A DNA stretch of 63,098 nucleotides from an uncultured Verrucomicrobiales bacterium. GTDB taxonomy: Bacteria > Verrucomicrobiota > Verrucomicrobiia > Verrucomicrobiales > DEV007. The stretch is from assembly GCA_938091905.1 (NCBI GenBank), contig CALKOM010000096.1, positions 1-63,098 on the forward strand, given 5' to 3'. Under the pieces are notes generated by a model. That model made no database searches and was not told where the DNA came from. It saw only the letters and a list, made by a program, of their open reading frames with translations. Numbering within the stretch: position 1 is the first letter of the stretch; each line of letters opens with the position of its first letter. The position numbers were made by a program, and so were the translations under genes. This document shows positions 51,821 to 62,309 of this stretch, piece after piece.

Positions 51821-52861
51821 ATGAAGGCGATTTCCTCAACCCTACTTCTGATTCTTTGCGTAAGCTTGGGCAGTATCTCTTTGGTGCAGGATACACCGGG
51901 GCAGTCCTCAGTTCCCCCCGCTCACGAGGCTGATATGCCTGCAGAGAAGCCTTCGTTCTTCTCGCGCTTTCGCCGTCAGCCTACTGTTCCTGAGCAGCAA
52001 GCGGCACAGGCTGCGCCTGCCCCGAAACGTCAGTTTGGTATTCGGTTGCCACGTTTTAAGAAGCCAGACCTGTCCGGATTACCTAAGCCGCGCATGCCGA
52101 AAGTGAAATTTCCAAAGCTGCGCAAGCCGAATATTACCATGCCGAAGCTTCGTTGGCCCTTCAAGCGGCAGCAGGTATCGCGTCAGACGATTCAGAATTA
52201 TCCTAACGGAGTGCGTAATCCAAAGCTTGGTGGTGCCTATGGGGTCATCATCGATGATGTCGTCAAATTTTATGAGATTGGACCGAGCCAGCCTGGCGGG
52301 CCAGATGCAAGATTGGACCGGGGATCCTTGGTAACCATTCGTAGCAATGATCGTGCATGGGCGTACATTACTCTTCGCGATGGTCGGTCTGGCTATATCG
52401 GGCTTGATCAGGTTCGGCTAGCTTCAGAGAGGGAATCCCCGAAGGCATCCGTCTCTAGGCCTCGTTCGAGTCAAGAGACGGGAACTTCTTCGTTCCTAGC
52501 AGAGAACAATAAGAGCTACGCTCCGCCGGCATTGCCAACGGCAGCCGCAGACCTATCAGATTCAGTTGAAGTGAACCCTTTACTCCAAACGTCGTCATTG
52601 GAAGAGTCCGCTCCCAGTGTCATCGAGCCAGTGGGTCAAGCCGCGGTCGTCGATGCTGAGCCTCAGCCGGTTGATTCTCCCGAGGTCCTCTTCGATCCTA
52701 TTCTCGATCCGATTCAGCCTTCCCCAGGGGCGATTCCAGGCAGTTCCCAGCCGTTCCTTGAAGACCCGATTCCGTCGATCGAAGAGGAACTGCGTGCGAT
52801 TCAAGAAGCTAGACTGAAAGCCAAGGAGGCTGCAGAGACCGCCTCTGACGGAGATGTTTGA
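51821..52861 (+). CDS. Secreted protein with SH3-like domain and low-complexity flanks
   Basis: Signal peptide; FYEIGPSQ..PDARLDRGSLVTI..WAYITLRDGRSGYI; Pro-rich flanks. Confidence 0.65.
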   Translation: MKAISSTLLLILCVSLGSISLVQDTPGQSSVPPAHEADMPAEKPSFFSRFRRQPTVPEQQAAQAAPAPKRQFGIRLPRFKKPDLSGLPKPRMPKVKFPKLRKPNITMPKLRWPFKRQQVSRQTIQNYPNGVRNPKLGGAYGVIIDDVVKFYEIGPSQPGGPDARLDRGSLVTIRSNDRAWAYITLRDGRSGYIGLDQVRLASERESPKASVSRPRSSQETGTSSFLAENNKSYAPPALPTAAADLSDSVEVNPLLQTSSLEESAPSVIEPVGQAAVVDAEPQPVDSPEVLFDPILDPIQPSPGAIPGSSQPFLEDPIPSIEEELRAIQEARLKAKEAAETASDGDV

Positions 52862-52921
52862 TCGGAGACACGGGATTTCAGGCGAGTGGCTCGTCATGTT
52901 GGTTTATGTTAGTTTAGAGAT

Positions 52922-54055
52922 ATGAAAGCGCTCACTCCGGGCTTGCGTGTGGTTTTCGCCATTGCGTGTTTGTTCGTGATTATTGGCGGACTGCGTGCTG
53001 CGGGCAGTTTTTTGGTGCCAATCATCCTCGCCTTCTTTCTGACTGCGCTAAATATGCCATTTATCCAATGGCAGCTAAAGCGTGGCGTGCCTCATTTCTT
53101 GACCGTGATTTTGACCGTCCTGGTGAATCTGTCGCTGATCAGCGTGTTTGTTGCTTTGACAGTGAATGCGATCATGGACTTTCTGCCGGAGGCACCCTTT
53201 TATGTGGATCAGATCAGGGCAAATGTTGAGGCGTGGGGAACTCGGATCTTTGAGACGCCGATATTGCCGGATAGTGATCAGTTGAAAGAAGGGAAGGAGA
53301 ACTTCTCAGAGATGCTCAGGCAAATGACTGCTCAATTTACATATGAGCTGCCGTCGGCTAACCAAGTGGTCGAGTCAGTGATGTCGCTTATGGGGACGGT
53401 GTTCTTTGTGTTTATCATCATGATCTTCATGATGCAGGAGTCTTTACTGATGAAGTTGCGCCTTGATGACGTGCACAAGGCGAGTGGCCCAGACTTGAAC
53501 TATTTGGGACAGATATCGAAAGACATTCAGCGCTATCTACACATTAAGACGGCAGTCAGCCTTGCTACAGGGGCGCTTGCATGGCTGATGACGATGGCCT
53601 TTGGCCTGGAATTTCCACTCTTGTGGGGAGTGTTGGCCTTTGTTCTGAACTACATTCCATCGATTGGCTCCTTGATCGCGGCGATCCCGCCGTGCCTGCT
53701 TGCCCTTTGGCAACTAGGCATGGTTCCAGCGACGTTGATCGCCGTTGGCTATATCTCAATTAACATGGCTTTGGGTAATGTGATTGAGCCTATGTTGCTT
53801 GGACGCCGATTTGGAATTTCAACGCTTGTCGTTGTGCTCTCCGCGCTGTTCTGGGGGTGGGTGTGGGGCCCTGTAGGCATGTTTGTGGCCATCCCGTTGA
53901 CCATGTTGATCAAGGTCATCCTGAATAACTCAGAGGGCCTGCGATGGATCTCTGTAGCGATGGGCAAATCCAGTGCTGAAGCAATTGACCATCGATGGGC
54001 GAATCCGGAAAGCTCTGCTTATGTGGCGGCTGATGAGGTGGAAACTCATCATTGA
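52922..54055 (+). CDS. AI-2E family transporter
   Basis: KTAVSLATG, LNYIPSIGS, GNVIEP and FWGWVWGPVGMFVAIPLT motifs. Confidence 0.92.
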   Translation: MKALTPGLRVVFAIACLFVIIGGLRAAGSFLVPIILAFFLTALNMPFIQWQLKRGVPHFLTVILTVLVNLSLISVFVALTVNAIMDFLPEAPFYVDQIRANVEAWGTRIFETPILPDSDQLKEGKENFSEMLRQMTAQFTYELPSANQVVESVMSLMGTVFFVFIIMIFMMQESLLMKLRLDDVHKASGPDLNYLGQISKDIQRYLHIKTAVSLATGALAWLMTMAFGLEFPLLWGVLAFVLNYIPSIGSLIAAIPPCLLALWQLGMVPATLIAVGYISINMALGNVIEPMLLGRRFGISTLVVVLSALFWGWVWGPVGMFVAIPLTMLIKVILNNSEGLRWISVAMGKSSAEAIDHRWANPESSAYVAADEVETHH

Positions 54056-54109
54056 TCAATCATTAAGGCGGGGCGACAATGGGTAGATCGGCTCGAAGCG
54101 ACGAATGCA

Positions 54110-57100
54110 TTATGGATTTATCAGTATGGTCCGATAGAAGCGCCGTGCATCACTGAGCGTTGTTGACGGATCCTCAATGGTGAGACTGAGGCTGGTCGCT
54201 GTCATCGTGGCTACATCTGTCCACGATTCGTCATTGAGTCCAGAGTTTATCTGCACCGTATAAGTCTTTCCTGGCACGGTTGACCAAGTGATCATTGTGG
54301 CGCCGCTAGTGCTGTTCTGAACGAGACTAGTGATTTCGAGCAATGAATTTGAGTTCAGCGGGTCGGTGCCAGCGAGAACTTCTGCGCCGTCGATCATACC
54401 ATCACCATCGGAATCTGCATTGTTAATAGAGGTTCCAAGAACGCCCTCTTCTGCGTCTGTTAGTCCATCGGCATCTTGGTCAGGGCCGCTTCCGGGTGCG
54501 CCTGCCCCGCTTGCACTAGCAAACCAATTGCTTGGGGAATTGTAGTTGCCTCTGGTATCGATCACTTCCAACGAGGGACCTTTGCCATCCGCTGCTTCCG
54601 GCCAAGGCGCCTTGTCGTTGTAGGTAAAGTCGTGAATCACGTTTCCATTGGAGTCGCGAAGAACGATGCGCTCTCCGCTGTTGGAAAGTGCTCCGCCAGC
54701 CCACTGACCAACGATGCGAATAGCAGTACCATGTTGGGCTTGAAAGGCAGTAGTGTCTGCGACGAGCACGGCATACTCGTTCGGTGAAAGAACGATGCTA
54801 GGAAAGGTGAATGCATCAAACGGCCGAGTGGCTTCGAAAGTCACTCCATCGAGATCGAGGTTCATAGAGCTGATGTTGGTGAGTTCAATGTATTCGAGGG
54901 ACCTGCCCTCAGTAGGATGGTACATCAGTTCAGAGATGCGGAGGGCCTCGAGAGCATCGGTGGTCGCCTCCGGATCGACTAGCATTGCATAGTCAAACTC
55001 GAATCGCACAGGCTCTGAAACATCGGTTGCTGCAAAGAGGCCGCCCTGGCTGGCTTGGGTTCCGATGCTAAGTGGTTGCGTATGGATGGTGAACCACTGG
55101 CCAGGTTCGCCTTGGTAGTCGAAATGGAGGTTGGCGCCTGCCCGACGCACCCTGATTGTCGCTTTGCCGTTGTTCCACGGCAAGGACGCCAGGGATAAAT
55201 ACGATCCTCCTTGGGCGCGCTTTACAGAAATGAAATCCCCATCTTCCATTCCGAACACATAGCGAGTTGTGGCTGCCTCTTCTGTTTCAACGATTAGGCC
55301 TACCATGAAGTCTCCTTGCTGTAGAGTTGCCAATTCAATGTCCGTGTGAAAGGACCAATCGGTCGTTGGCGGAAGATCCCTCCAGATCATCGGATGCTGG
55401 GGCGAAAGCTGAGTGAGGAGGAGAGCGTTCTCCCCTTCGAGTTTTAAAGTGAGCCTTCCTGGCCGGTCATCGAGCGAGTACCAAGCGTTTGGCGTGCCTC
55501 CATTTCGAACGACGAGATTCTCAAGGGACCAGTACGACTCTAGCAGAGGTGTTGAGAAAGAGCTCCATCCCGAAGCTGCATAAACGGCGGCTTCACGAGT
55601 GAGCGTGCTTTCTTGAAGTACGACATCGGTTCCGGTAACGCTTATTTTGTAGAGGCCCGGTTTGGCAAAGGATACATCCGTACTGCTTGTATTCTGGGCG
55701 GTGAGACTTGCCTGGGATGATGGATTTACTACCCAGGAATATGACAGTGCACTTCCTTCCTGGTCAAGGCTAGCCGAGGCATCGAGAGCTAACGTTTTAC
55801 TGACAGCCACATTGAATGATCCGGGATCTGCGTCCACAGCCATCACCGGAGGTGCGTTGCCCGTTTTAGTGACGGAAGTGGTGGTGGAAGCAACGACGAT
55901 GTCGTTGGCGTCGACCGCTTGTACGGTGATCAAATTCGTTCCCTGCTGGAGTATGATTCCTGTCAGCGTCCAGCTCGTTTCCGAATCAAAACGCCCAATG
56001 GCTTCGGGATGACCTACGGCTCGGATGGAGAAGGCGTTGTAAGGGCTCGTTCCGGTCAACGTGATGGTATTCGAAGCCGTCGTGCTTGTTGGCGTGATGG
56101 TCAGGTTCGTAGTCAGCGCCGACCCGATATCTGTCTGGGCTCGGCCGACGCGATTGGCATTCCAAGTTGTATAGGTATCCACATTGTTTGCGTAGGATGG
56201 AGAGGCTGCTTCTTCACATTGGAACCAAGCTGTGAGCCTGGCCGAGTTGTGAGTGTATTTGTCGACCATCTCGCCGAGGTAGTAGTTCACGCGTTGGCGA
56301 ATATAGGGCTTCGAATAGAAGTTGCCCACACCGGGAAGATTGCCGATGAACGGGGCGTTTGAGTTGCCGAAGGTCAGATCTGAATCCCACTGAATGAGCA
56401 TCCAACGGTGGTCGGTGTTGCGTCTAAAGAAGTAGCCGTTCTTTCCTCGATTTCTCGTAAGGGTGTCCCAGTCATCGCACCAGCCCCGTACGACGGCATT
56501 GGCGGCCATCATATCGATATCCGCCATCCGTTCGATCTCTTCTCTGGTGAAGTCGTCCTCGCCAACGGATTTCACCCAGTTGATGAAGGCCCCGTAGTCG
56601 TACTCAGCTTCGCGAGAACGTTTGATCCACTCTGACTGATAACGTTCTGGTTCGTCAGTGTCCTTGTAGGACCAGTCTGCATTGCGGTTCTGTCGGGACC
56701 AGTTGTCGTCGAACCACCATTCGTCGTCGATACGATAGAGTTCGCCTAGTTCACCATCGGGCCAATTTCGCTTCAAAAAGTCATTGGAGTTGGGCTCAAC
56801 GTCTTCTCGAATGGCGGCACTATCCCCATTCACGATGACCCGAATGAACTCATTCTCGCTGGCAGCATGGCCAAATAGATAGAGCCAGTAGCGGATGATG
56901 CGGTTATGATAGGCGCGGCCACCATTGGCATCATTGTCGATCGAGCGACGGGAGTAACCTCGATAAAGATAGTCTCCCGGAGTTTTCCACTTGGCGCGCG
57001 ATAGGTCTGAACCGCTTGCTCGAGTCCAAGGGCTGCCACTCTTCCGGAGTTCGCAGTTGTAGATGATGTCACGTTCATCACCAATGAACGTCGCGTTGAA

Positions 57101-60100
57101 GTAGTGGTTTGAAAGTCGAGGAAACTTAAAGTCAAATGTCGGGCTTTCGCCGTTGCCACCGAGGGCGCTAAGCGATCTTGCCGAGATTACGAACCGCTCG
57201 GTGCGAAGATCGCCGGCGATCGTGGAATCGTCTACCACCCATAGGGCAGGTCGGACTGGGGCGTTGGATGGCTGGATGCTTGTTCCCCCGGCAGATGTAG
57301 CCTCGACGTAGAACTCGACCACGCTATTGTCGCTTAGATAGTCGCTAATAGTGACGGTGTAGAGACCGTCGTTGGCGATGGCATCACCTTGGGTGAGGCC
57401 ATCGTCGGTCATGGCTGTGGTTGCCCATGCATTACTGCCGCTACTGTTGTCGAGCCGATGCCTGAGGTTGACTGAGGTGAGCGGGATGGCTGCGGAGATT
57501 CGTGCCGTGACCTTTACGGGGTCAATGGACGTGGGAACGGCAGGCTGGTGACGCAGAGCCGAGACAGTTGGCCTTGGAGTAGCAAGGACTGCTGAGTTGG
57601 CGCTGCCTGGCGTGCCGAGGTTTACTGGAATGGGCAGGCGAATGATTCCTCCAAAAGAGCGGTCCCAGGTCGCTACGACCAGCGTGGGCTTCCCTGAGAT
57701 CCATCGAGCTTCGAAGTCAAACGTGAGCATATCATCTTGCTCGATGGCAATGATGTCTGTCTCGCATCGGTTCGCTTTGACATCTCCATGGCCATCAGAG
57801 ACGAGGTGGAACACGGTGCCATTCATGTGGCTTGCATGGTGGGTTCCCTGGCAAAGCCACCCTGTGGCGCCGTCTCCGTCAGTCACGACGACTTCGCCAT
57901 TGCCTGGAAGAATGGAGGCCCCAGTGCCGTTGCGCTTCAGGCTAAGGTTGCGCAGCGCAATGTGGGAATCGCCCACCGCATGAAGATGCAACTCTTCATA
58001 GTCCGACGGCGATCCCATTGTTCTGAGTTGTTCGTAGGTTTCACTGATACTGTAAGCAGCGAATGAAGATTTGTTAGATTCGTCCGAGTCCGCCCAAGCA
58101 CTGGCCATCGCGTTGTCCATATCGGGATGGCGGAGCTCCATGCTGGAACCTTGTCCCGCAGCAAGTGCTGGCCAATCGCCTCCCGTATGATAGTGGAATG
58201 CATCTGCGATATTTCCCCATTCATCCACAAGCCGAAGGCGCTCACCGCCATTGGCAAGATTGCCAGAGTAGTCACCGATGACCGTCGCAGTGGGATGGGC
58301 GTCTGCAGTGAGGGTTCGATTGGCCGCGATGACCACGTAGGCACCAGCAGCAAGCGTTGTGCCGCTGGGAAACGTATAGTCAATGCCCTTATCAAATTCC
58401 CATGAGGTCAGGTCGACGCTGGCACTACCCTTGTTGTAGAGTTCGACGTACTCGCCATCGCGATGACCACTGGGCGGTTCGACCATCAGTTCAGAAATAA
58501 CAATGGAGGTTTGCCGATCGGGATCATTGCTCGTATCGCGGCTGCCTGCGGCCGATACATAGAATTCCTTGGAGCCATCTGGAAAGGCGGCGGTGTGCGC
58601 GCGGGTCGAATGGCTTCTAACGGATACCGAATCGAGAACCTGATCACTTGAGTTGATGAGAAACAGAGCAATCTCTCCGTTGTCTGCGGGGAAGGCTGTG
58701 TCCCAGCTAGCGAAGCCCCATTCGCTGATGTTGCCATCCAGAGCAATCTTGTCTGAAAAGTCCCGAGTGCTTGCGATCCATAGCCCGTTCGCGCTGGTCG
58801 TGGTGTCGCTGAGGTTGTGCAGTTCGATCCAATCCGCACAGCCGTTTGCGTCAAAATGCACCTCGTTGATGGCCAGGGAACTTTCTGAGGTTCCTGTGCT
58901 TACATTTGGAAGGGCTGGGGTCGGACTGCTGAATAGAAACCACGCGGCACTTCCTGCCGGTTTGCGTCCAAGTGACCTCCCGTCGAGCGGCATGGCAGTA
59001 GTCAGGGCGCTGGTCACGGTGCTACCGTCAGGTTCCGTGAGGTAAAGTGTCGTGGTTGCTGTCGGCGTGAATCCAGATTCGGCAAAGCCTACGGAAGCTA
59101 GACCGTTGGGGGAGACGATGATACTGCGAGGAATCAAATATTTGGTCAGGTTGGCAGGATCATCACTTAGATAGTAGCCGCTCAACGTGATGGGAGAGTC
59201 TGTAGGATTGAAGATCTCGATGAATCCGCCGTTGTTGCTTGGTAATACCTCGTTAACGAGCAGGTTAGACGCGGTAGGGGCGGCAATGTTGAGGCGCATG
59301 CCGAAGACGACATCCGAACTGGTTGCGTTGGTCTGTTTGAGAGTTGCGGCAATGACATTGACACCATCGACGAGAGGTGGATTGGCCACGCTGATTAACC
59401 CAAGCTCTTCTGTGGCGTTGGTGACGACACGAGTCGCGGTTGTTCCATGGCCTGCCGCGCTGGACGTTCCCACGCCTCCGATCCACTGGCCGTTTAGCCA
59501 GTAGCCTGCGCCATCGTCAATGATCTGATCGATCGTGATCGAGGTGCCCGTGGTCGGGCCGCTGTAGGTGAACTCTTTGCGCAAGTAGTAGGTGAGATGA
59601 TTGGATGCATTCGAACTGTTGAGGAGTGCCGATTGCATGCCCGGGCTGGGGACGGCTGCGGTCTCAAAACCGTAAAGGCCTCCGTTGTTCCCGGCATCAC
59701 CGATGCGTGTCCATCCTGCATCCGCGTAGGTGTAGCTCACTTCCTTCCAAGCGCTTCCGAGGTCTGTGTTCTGATCGTGGAAATCCCAGGCATCACCATA
59801 GTTCACATACGGTAGCCCATTGGTTAGGTTAATACTTGGATCTGGGTAGGGCTCCTCTGCTAGGGTGGGCTCGGGACTGCCAGGCGTGCCGCCTTTGCTC
59901 GGACTCGCTGCCCAGACACGGTAGTCATCGATGACACGACTGGTGTCGGCCAAGACCAAGCTGTGGCCGGTGCCATCGGCAGCGACAGGCCAGACGCCCT
60001 TGTCATTGTATTTTAGCGTACAACGAGTCACTCCATTCTTGTCTTCCAAAGAAATTCTCTCGCCGCTATCACTTAGTTTGCCAGACCAGGGGCCGAAGAC

Positions 60101-60421
60101 ACGAATGGCTTCTGGAAGGCCGTAGATTGTCCGAAACGTTGCGGGGTCCGTATCACAGAGGACAACACGTTCAAACGCCTTTAAAAAGGTGTGTGTTGGA
60201 TCGGTGCCCGAGAAATCTGGAAAGGTAAACGTTACGCCCTCCTTTACTTCCCATAAAGCAATGTCGAATGGGGTGGATGTTAGGTTTTGAACTTCGATGA
60301 ATTCAGGGGCCCCGTTGGAGGGGTTGTACATGACTTCGCTGAAGACCACTTGCTCGGCAACGAGCGGTGTAAGAAAGATGCCCAGGCACAGAGGAACCAG
60401 GGCTGCAGGGGACCATTTCAC
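54110..60421 (-). CDS. Giant secreted lamin-tail-domain/CotH-kinase protein (2103 aa)
   Basis: Signal peptide; several LTD starts (FSEVMYNP, VNEVLP, INEVH, ISELMVEP, ISELMYHP); CotH-like DDWD..GKNGYF..IQWDSDLTFG; PKD-like segment; DADG/DSDGDG repeats and a terminal RRFYR domain. Confidence 0.85.
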   Translation of the reverse strand: MKWSPAALVPLCLGIFLTPLVAEQVVFSEVMYNPSNGAPEFIEVQNLTSTPFDIALWEVKEGVTFTFPDFSGTDPTHTFLKAFERVVLCDTDPATFRTIYGLPEAIRVFGPWSGKLSDSGERISLEDKNGVTRCTLKYNDKGVWPVAADGTGHSLVLADTSRVIDDYRVWAASPSKGGTPGSPEPTLAEEPYPDPSINLTNGLPYVNYGDAWDFHDQNTDLGSAWKEVSYTYADAGWTRIGDAGNNGGLYGFETAAVPSPGMQSALLNSSNASNHLTYYLRKEFTYSGPTTGTSITIDQIIDDGAGYWLNGQWIGGVGTSSAAGHGTTATRVVTNATEELGLISVANPPLVDGVNVIAATLKQTNATSSDVVFGMRLNIAAPTASNLLVNEVLPSNNGGFIEIFNPTDSPITLSGYYLSDDPANLTKYLIPRSIIVSPNGLASVGFAESGFTPTATTTLYLTEPDGSTVTSALTTAMPLDGRSLGRKPAGSAAWFLFSSPTPALPNVSTGTSESSLAINEVHFDANGCADWIELHNLSDTTTSANGLWIASTRDFSDKIALDGNISEWGFASWDTAFPADNGEIALFLINSSDQVLDSVSVRSHSTRAHTAAFPDGSKEFYVSAAGSRDTSNDPDRQTSIVISELMVEPPSGHRDGEYVELYNKGSASVDLTSWEFDKGIDYTFPSGTTLAAGAYVVIAANRTLTADAHPTATVIGDYSGNLANGGERLRLVDEWGNIADAFHYHTGGDWPALAAGQGSSMELRHPDMDNAMASAWADSDESNKSSFAAYSISETYEQLRTMGSPSDYEELHLHAVGDSHIALRNLSLKRNGTGASILPGNGEVVVTDGDGATGWLCQGTHHASHMNGTVFHLVSDGHGDVKANRCETDIIAIEQDDMLTFDFEARWISGKPTLVVATWDRSFGGIIRLPIPVNLGTPGSANSAVLATPRPTVSALRHQPAVPTSIDPVKVTARISAAIPLTSVNLRHRLDNSSGSNAWATTAMTDDGLTQGDAIANDGLYTVTISDYLSDNSVVEFYVEATSAGGTSIQPSNAPVRPALWVVDDSTIAGDLRTERFVISARSLSALGGNGESPTFDFKFPRLSNHYFNATFIGDERDIIYNCELRKSGSPWTRASGSDLSRAKWKTPGDYLYRGYSRRSIDNDANGGRAYHNRIIRYWLYLFGHAASENEFIRVIVNGDSAAIREDVEPNSNDFLKRNWPDGELGELYRIDDEWWFDDNWSRQNRNADWSYKDTDEPERYQSEWIKRSREAEYDYGAFINWVKSVGEDDFTREEIERMADIDMMAANAVVRGWCDDWDTLTRNRGKNGYFFRRNTDHRWMLIQWDSDLTFGNSNAPFIGNLPGVGNFYSKPYIRQRVNYYLGEMVDKYTHNSARLTAWFQCEEAASPSYANNVDTYTTWNANRVGRAQTDIGSALTTNLTITPTSTTASNTITLTGTSPYNAFSIRAVGHPEAIGRFDSETSWTLTGIILQQGTNLITVQAVDANDIVVASTTTSVTKTGNAPPVMAVDADPGSFNVAVSKTLALDASASLDQEGSALSYSWVVNPSSQASLTAQNTSSTDVSFAKPGLYKISVTGTDVVLQESTLTREAAVYAASGWSSFSTPLLESYWSLENLVVRNGGTPNAWYSLDDRPGRLTLKLEGENALLLTQLSPQHPMIWRDLPPTTDWSFHTDIELATLQQGDFMVGLIVETEEAATTRYVFGMEDGDFISVKRAQGGSYLSLASLPWNNGKATIRVRRAGANLHFDYQGEPGQWFTIHTQPLSIGTQASQGGLFAATDVSEPVRFEFDYAMLVDPEATTDALEALRISELMYHPTEGRSLEYIELTNISSMNLDLDGVTFEATRPFDAFTFPSIVLSPNEYAVLVADTTAFQAQHGTAIRIVGQWAGGALSNSGERIVLRDSNGNVIHDFTYNDKAPWPEAADGKGPSLEVIDTRGNYNSPSNWFASASGAGAPGSGPDQDADGLTDAEEGVLGTSINNADSDGDGMIDGAEVLAGTDPLNSNSLLEITSLVQNSTSGATMITWSTVPGKTYTVQINSGLNDESWTDVATMTATSLSLTIEDPSTTLSDARRFYRTILINP

Positions 60422-60549
60422 AGATAGGGGGGATCTTAGGGGGACGGATTAAGTGGGAACTATCGAGCTCAGGGGAAAGTCTGTAAAGCAGCCTGGGGAG
60501 AATAGGTTTCCTCTTGTGCTTTCTCGCGTAGCCTCGGCATGATGTTCGC

Positions 60550-61263
60550 ATGGATGCGACATCGATTTTAAGAGAAATTCTAGAAGGGAACGCAACAAAC
60601 AGTGGTCGCATCCGTGCCATTCAGCGTGACCAAGGAGGTAGGAGCGGGATAGCAGAGACCCTTGAGGATCTGCTCGGAGTGCATGACGATGATGATGTTC
60701 GGCCGCAGTCTGGGTCGAGATCTCCTCAGCGGGAACGAGAGGTGGCTCCAACTCAGGGGCCACGGCAGCGTCAATCGGTTCCAAAACAGCGCTCGGGTGG
60801 CCTCCCGGAAGATTTGTTAGGGGGATTAATTGGGAAAGGGAAACGGAGTAGCCAGCCAGCACCTGAACCTCCGCATCAGAGGCAACGAGAGCGTCGTCTG
60901 TCTCAGGAGCAGCAGGAACAGGCCGTCTTTCTCATTCGTGCCATGTGCCACGCGGCCAAGGTGGATGGGGCCGTCGATCGGCAGGAGCAGGATGCGATAC
61001 TCGGTCGATTGGGCGAGGTGACCGAAGAGGAATTGAACTTTGTCAGGAAGGAGTTGGATTCACCTCTGGACGTCACACAGTTCTGCCGATCCGTAGTGGA
61101 TGACTTAGCGGAGCAGGTCTATGCGTTCTCCGTCATGGCTATTAAGTTGGATACTTTGAAAGAGGCTGCTTATCTCGGGCGACTGGCACAAGGGCTGCAA
61201 GTAGATGAGCGCACTTGTAACCGTTTGCATGCCAAGGTTGGCGCGCCCAGTCTTTACGCCTAA
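60550..61263 (+). CDS. DUF533 (TerB-like) domain protein
   Basis: LIRAMCHAAKVDGAVD..EQ..I, QVYAFS and E..YL..LA motifs. Confidence 0.8.
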   Translation: MDATSILREILEGNATNSGRIRAIQRDQGGRSGIAETLEDLLGVHDDDDVRPQSGSRSPQREREVAPTQGPRQRQSVPKQRSGGLPEDLLGGLIGKGKRSSQPAPEPPHQRQRERRLSQEQQEQAVFLIRAMCHAAKVDGAVDRQEQDAILGRLGEVTEEELNFVRKELDSPLDVTQFCRSVVDDLAEQVYAFSVMAIKLDTLKEAAYLGRLAQGLQVDERTCNRLHAKVGAPSLYA

Positions 61264-61276
61264 GGCGCGTTCTGCT

Positions 61277-62299
61277 ATGCGACAGTATCAGCTACATTCA
61301 CGGCCAGGCGAAGGCTTGGATCTTCTTTTGAAAGATGTCGATGAACCGACTCCGCTTCCTAACGAGGTGGTCATTCGTGTAAGGGCGACCTCACTAAACT
61401 ATCGTGATTTACTCATGCGAAGTGGGCAATCTGCGTCTAGCGCGAAGCCTGGAGGGACCGTGCCACTTTCGGATGGTGCGGGAGAGGTGATCTCGGTGGG
61501 GGAGGATGTTTCTCGTGTGGCTGTTGGAGATCGAGTCGCCGGGTGTTTCTTTTCCCACTGGATTGATGGGCGGTTTAACATGCGCTATCATGATACGGCA
61601 CTGGGGGGCTCTGCTCAGGGCATGTTATCAGAGCAGGTCGTTCTGCCCGAGGTGGGCGTCGTTAAACTGCCTGACTATCTTAGTTTCGCTGAGGCGGCTT
61701 GTTTCCCCTGTGCAGGGCTCACTGCCTGGTATGCTCTTGTTGAGCGTGGCGAGCTCACAGCGGGTGACAAGGTCCTCATGTTAGGAACAGGTGGAGTATC
61801 TATCTTTGCGCTAAAGTTAGCTAAAGCGATGGGGGCCGAAGCTTGGATCACGTCGAGCAGTGATTCGAAGTTGGGGCGTGCTCGTGTAATAGGTGCTGAT
61901 CATACGATCAATTACAAGACCTCGCCTGAATGGGAGAAGTTGGTTTGGGAGCAGACGAGTCAGAATGGAGTCGATCACGTGGTCGAGGTTGGCGGAGCAG
62001 GAACGTTGGGGAAATCTATGGCTGCTGTTGGCGCTGGTGGGCATATCGCCTTGATTGGCGTGCTAACAGGATTCAATCCTCCGGATACCACGCTGTTTCC
62101 ATTGGTTGCCAGAAATGTCCGGCTCAATGGAATTTACGTTGGCCATCGGTCAGCGTTCGAGCGGCTGTTGGCTGCGGCTGAAACGCATCAACTTTGCCCG
62201 GAGATCGACAAGACGTTTGCGTTCGAAGACGCAGCAGCTGCCTATGACTACTTGGCCTCAGGCGGGCACTTTGGAAAGGTGGTTGTCGATGTCGGCTAG
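61277..62299 (+). CDS. NAD(P)-dependent MDR-family oxidoreductase (alcohol dehydrogenase/quinone reductase-like)
   Basis: SLNYRD, PLSDGAG, PCAGLTAW, GTGGVS and HFGKVV motifs. Confidence 0.92.
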   Translation: MRQYQLHSRPGEGLDLLLKDVDEPTPLPNEVVIRVRATSLNYRDLLMRSGQSASSAKPGGTVPLSDGAGEVISVGEDVSRVAVGDRVAGCFFSHWIDGRFNMRYHDTALGGSAQGMLSEQVVLPEVGVVKLPDYLSFAEAACFPCAGLTAWYALVERGELTAGDKVLMLGTGGVSIFALKLAKAMGAEAWITSSSDSKLGRARVIGADHTINYKTSPEWEKLVWEQTSQNGVDHVVEVGGAGTLGKSMAAVGAGGHIALIGVLTGFNPPDTTLFPLVARNVRLNGIYVGHRSAFERLLAAAETHQLCPEIDKTFAFEDAAAAYDYLASGGHFGKVVVDVG

Positions 62300-62309
62300 T
62301 CGCCTTTCT

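Noticed and set aside
54330..60125. Numerous short + strand ORFs opposite the giant gene
   Set aside because: They have no recognisable motifs and are expected antisense ORFs in moderately GC-rich coding DNA.
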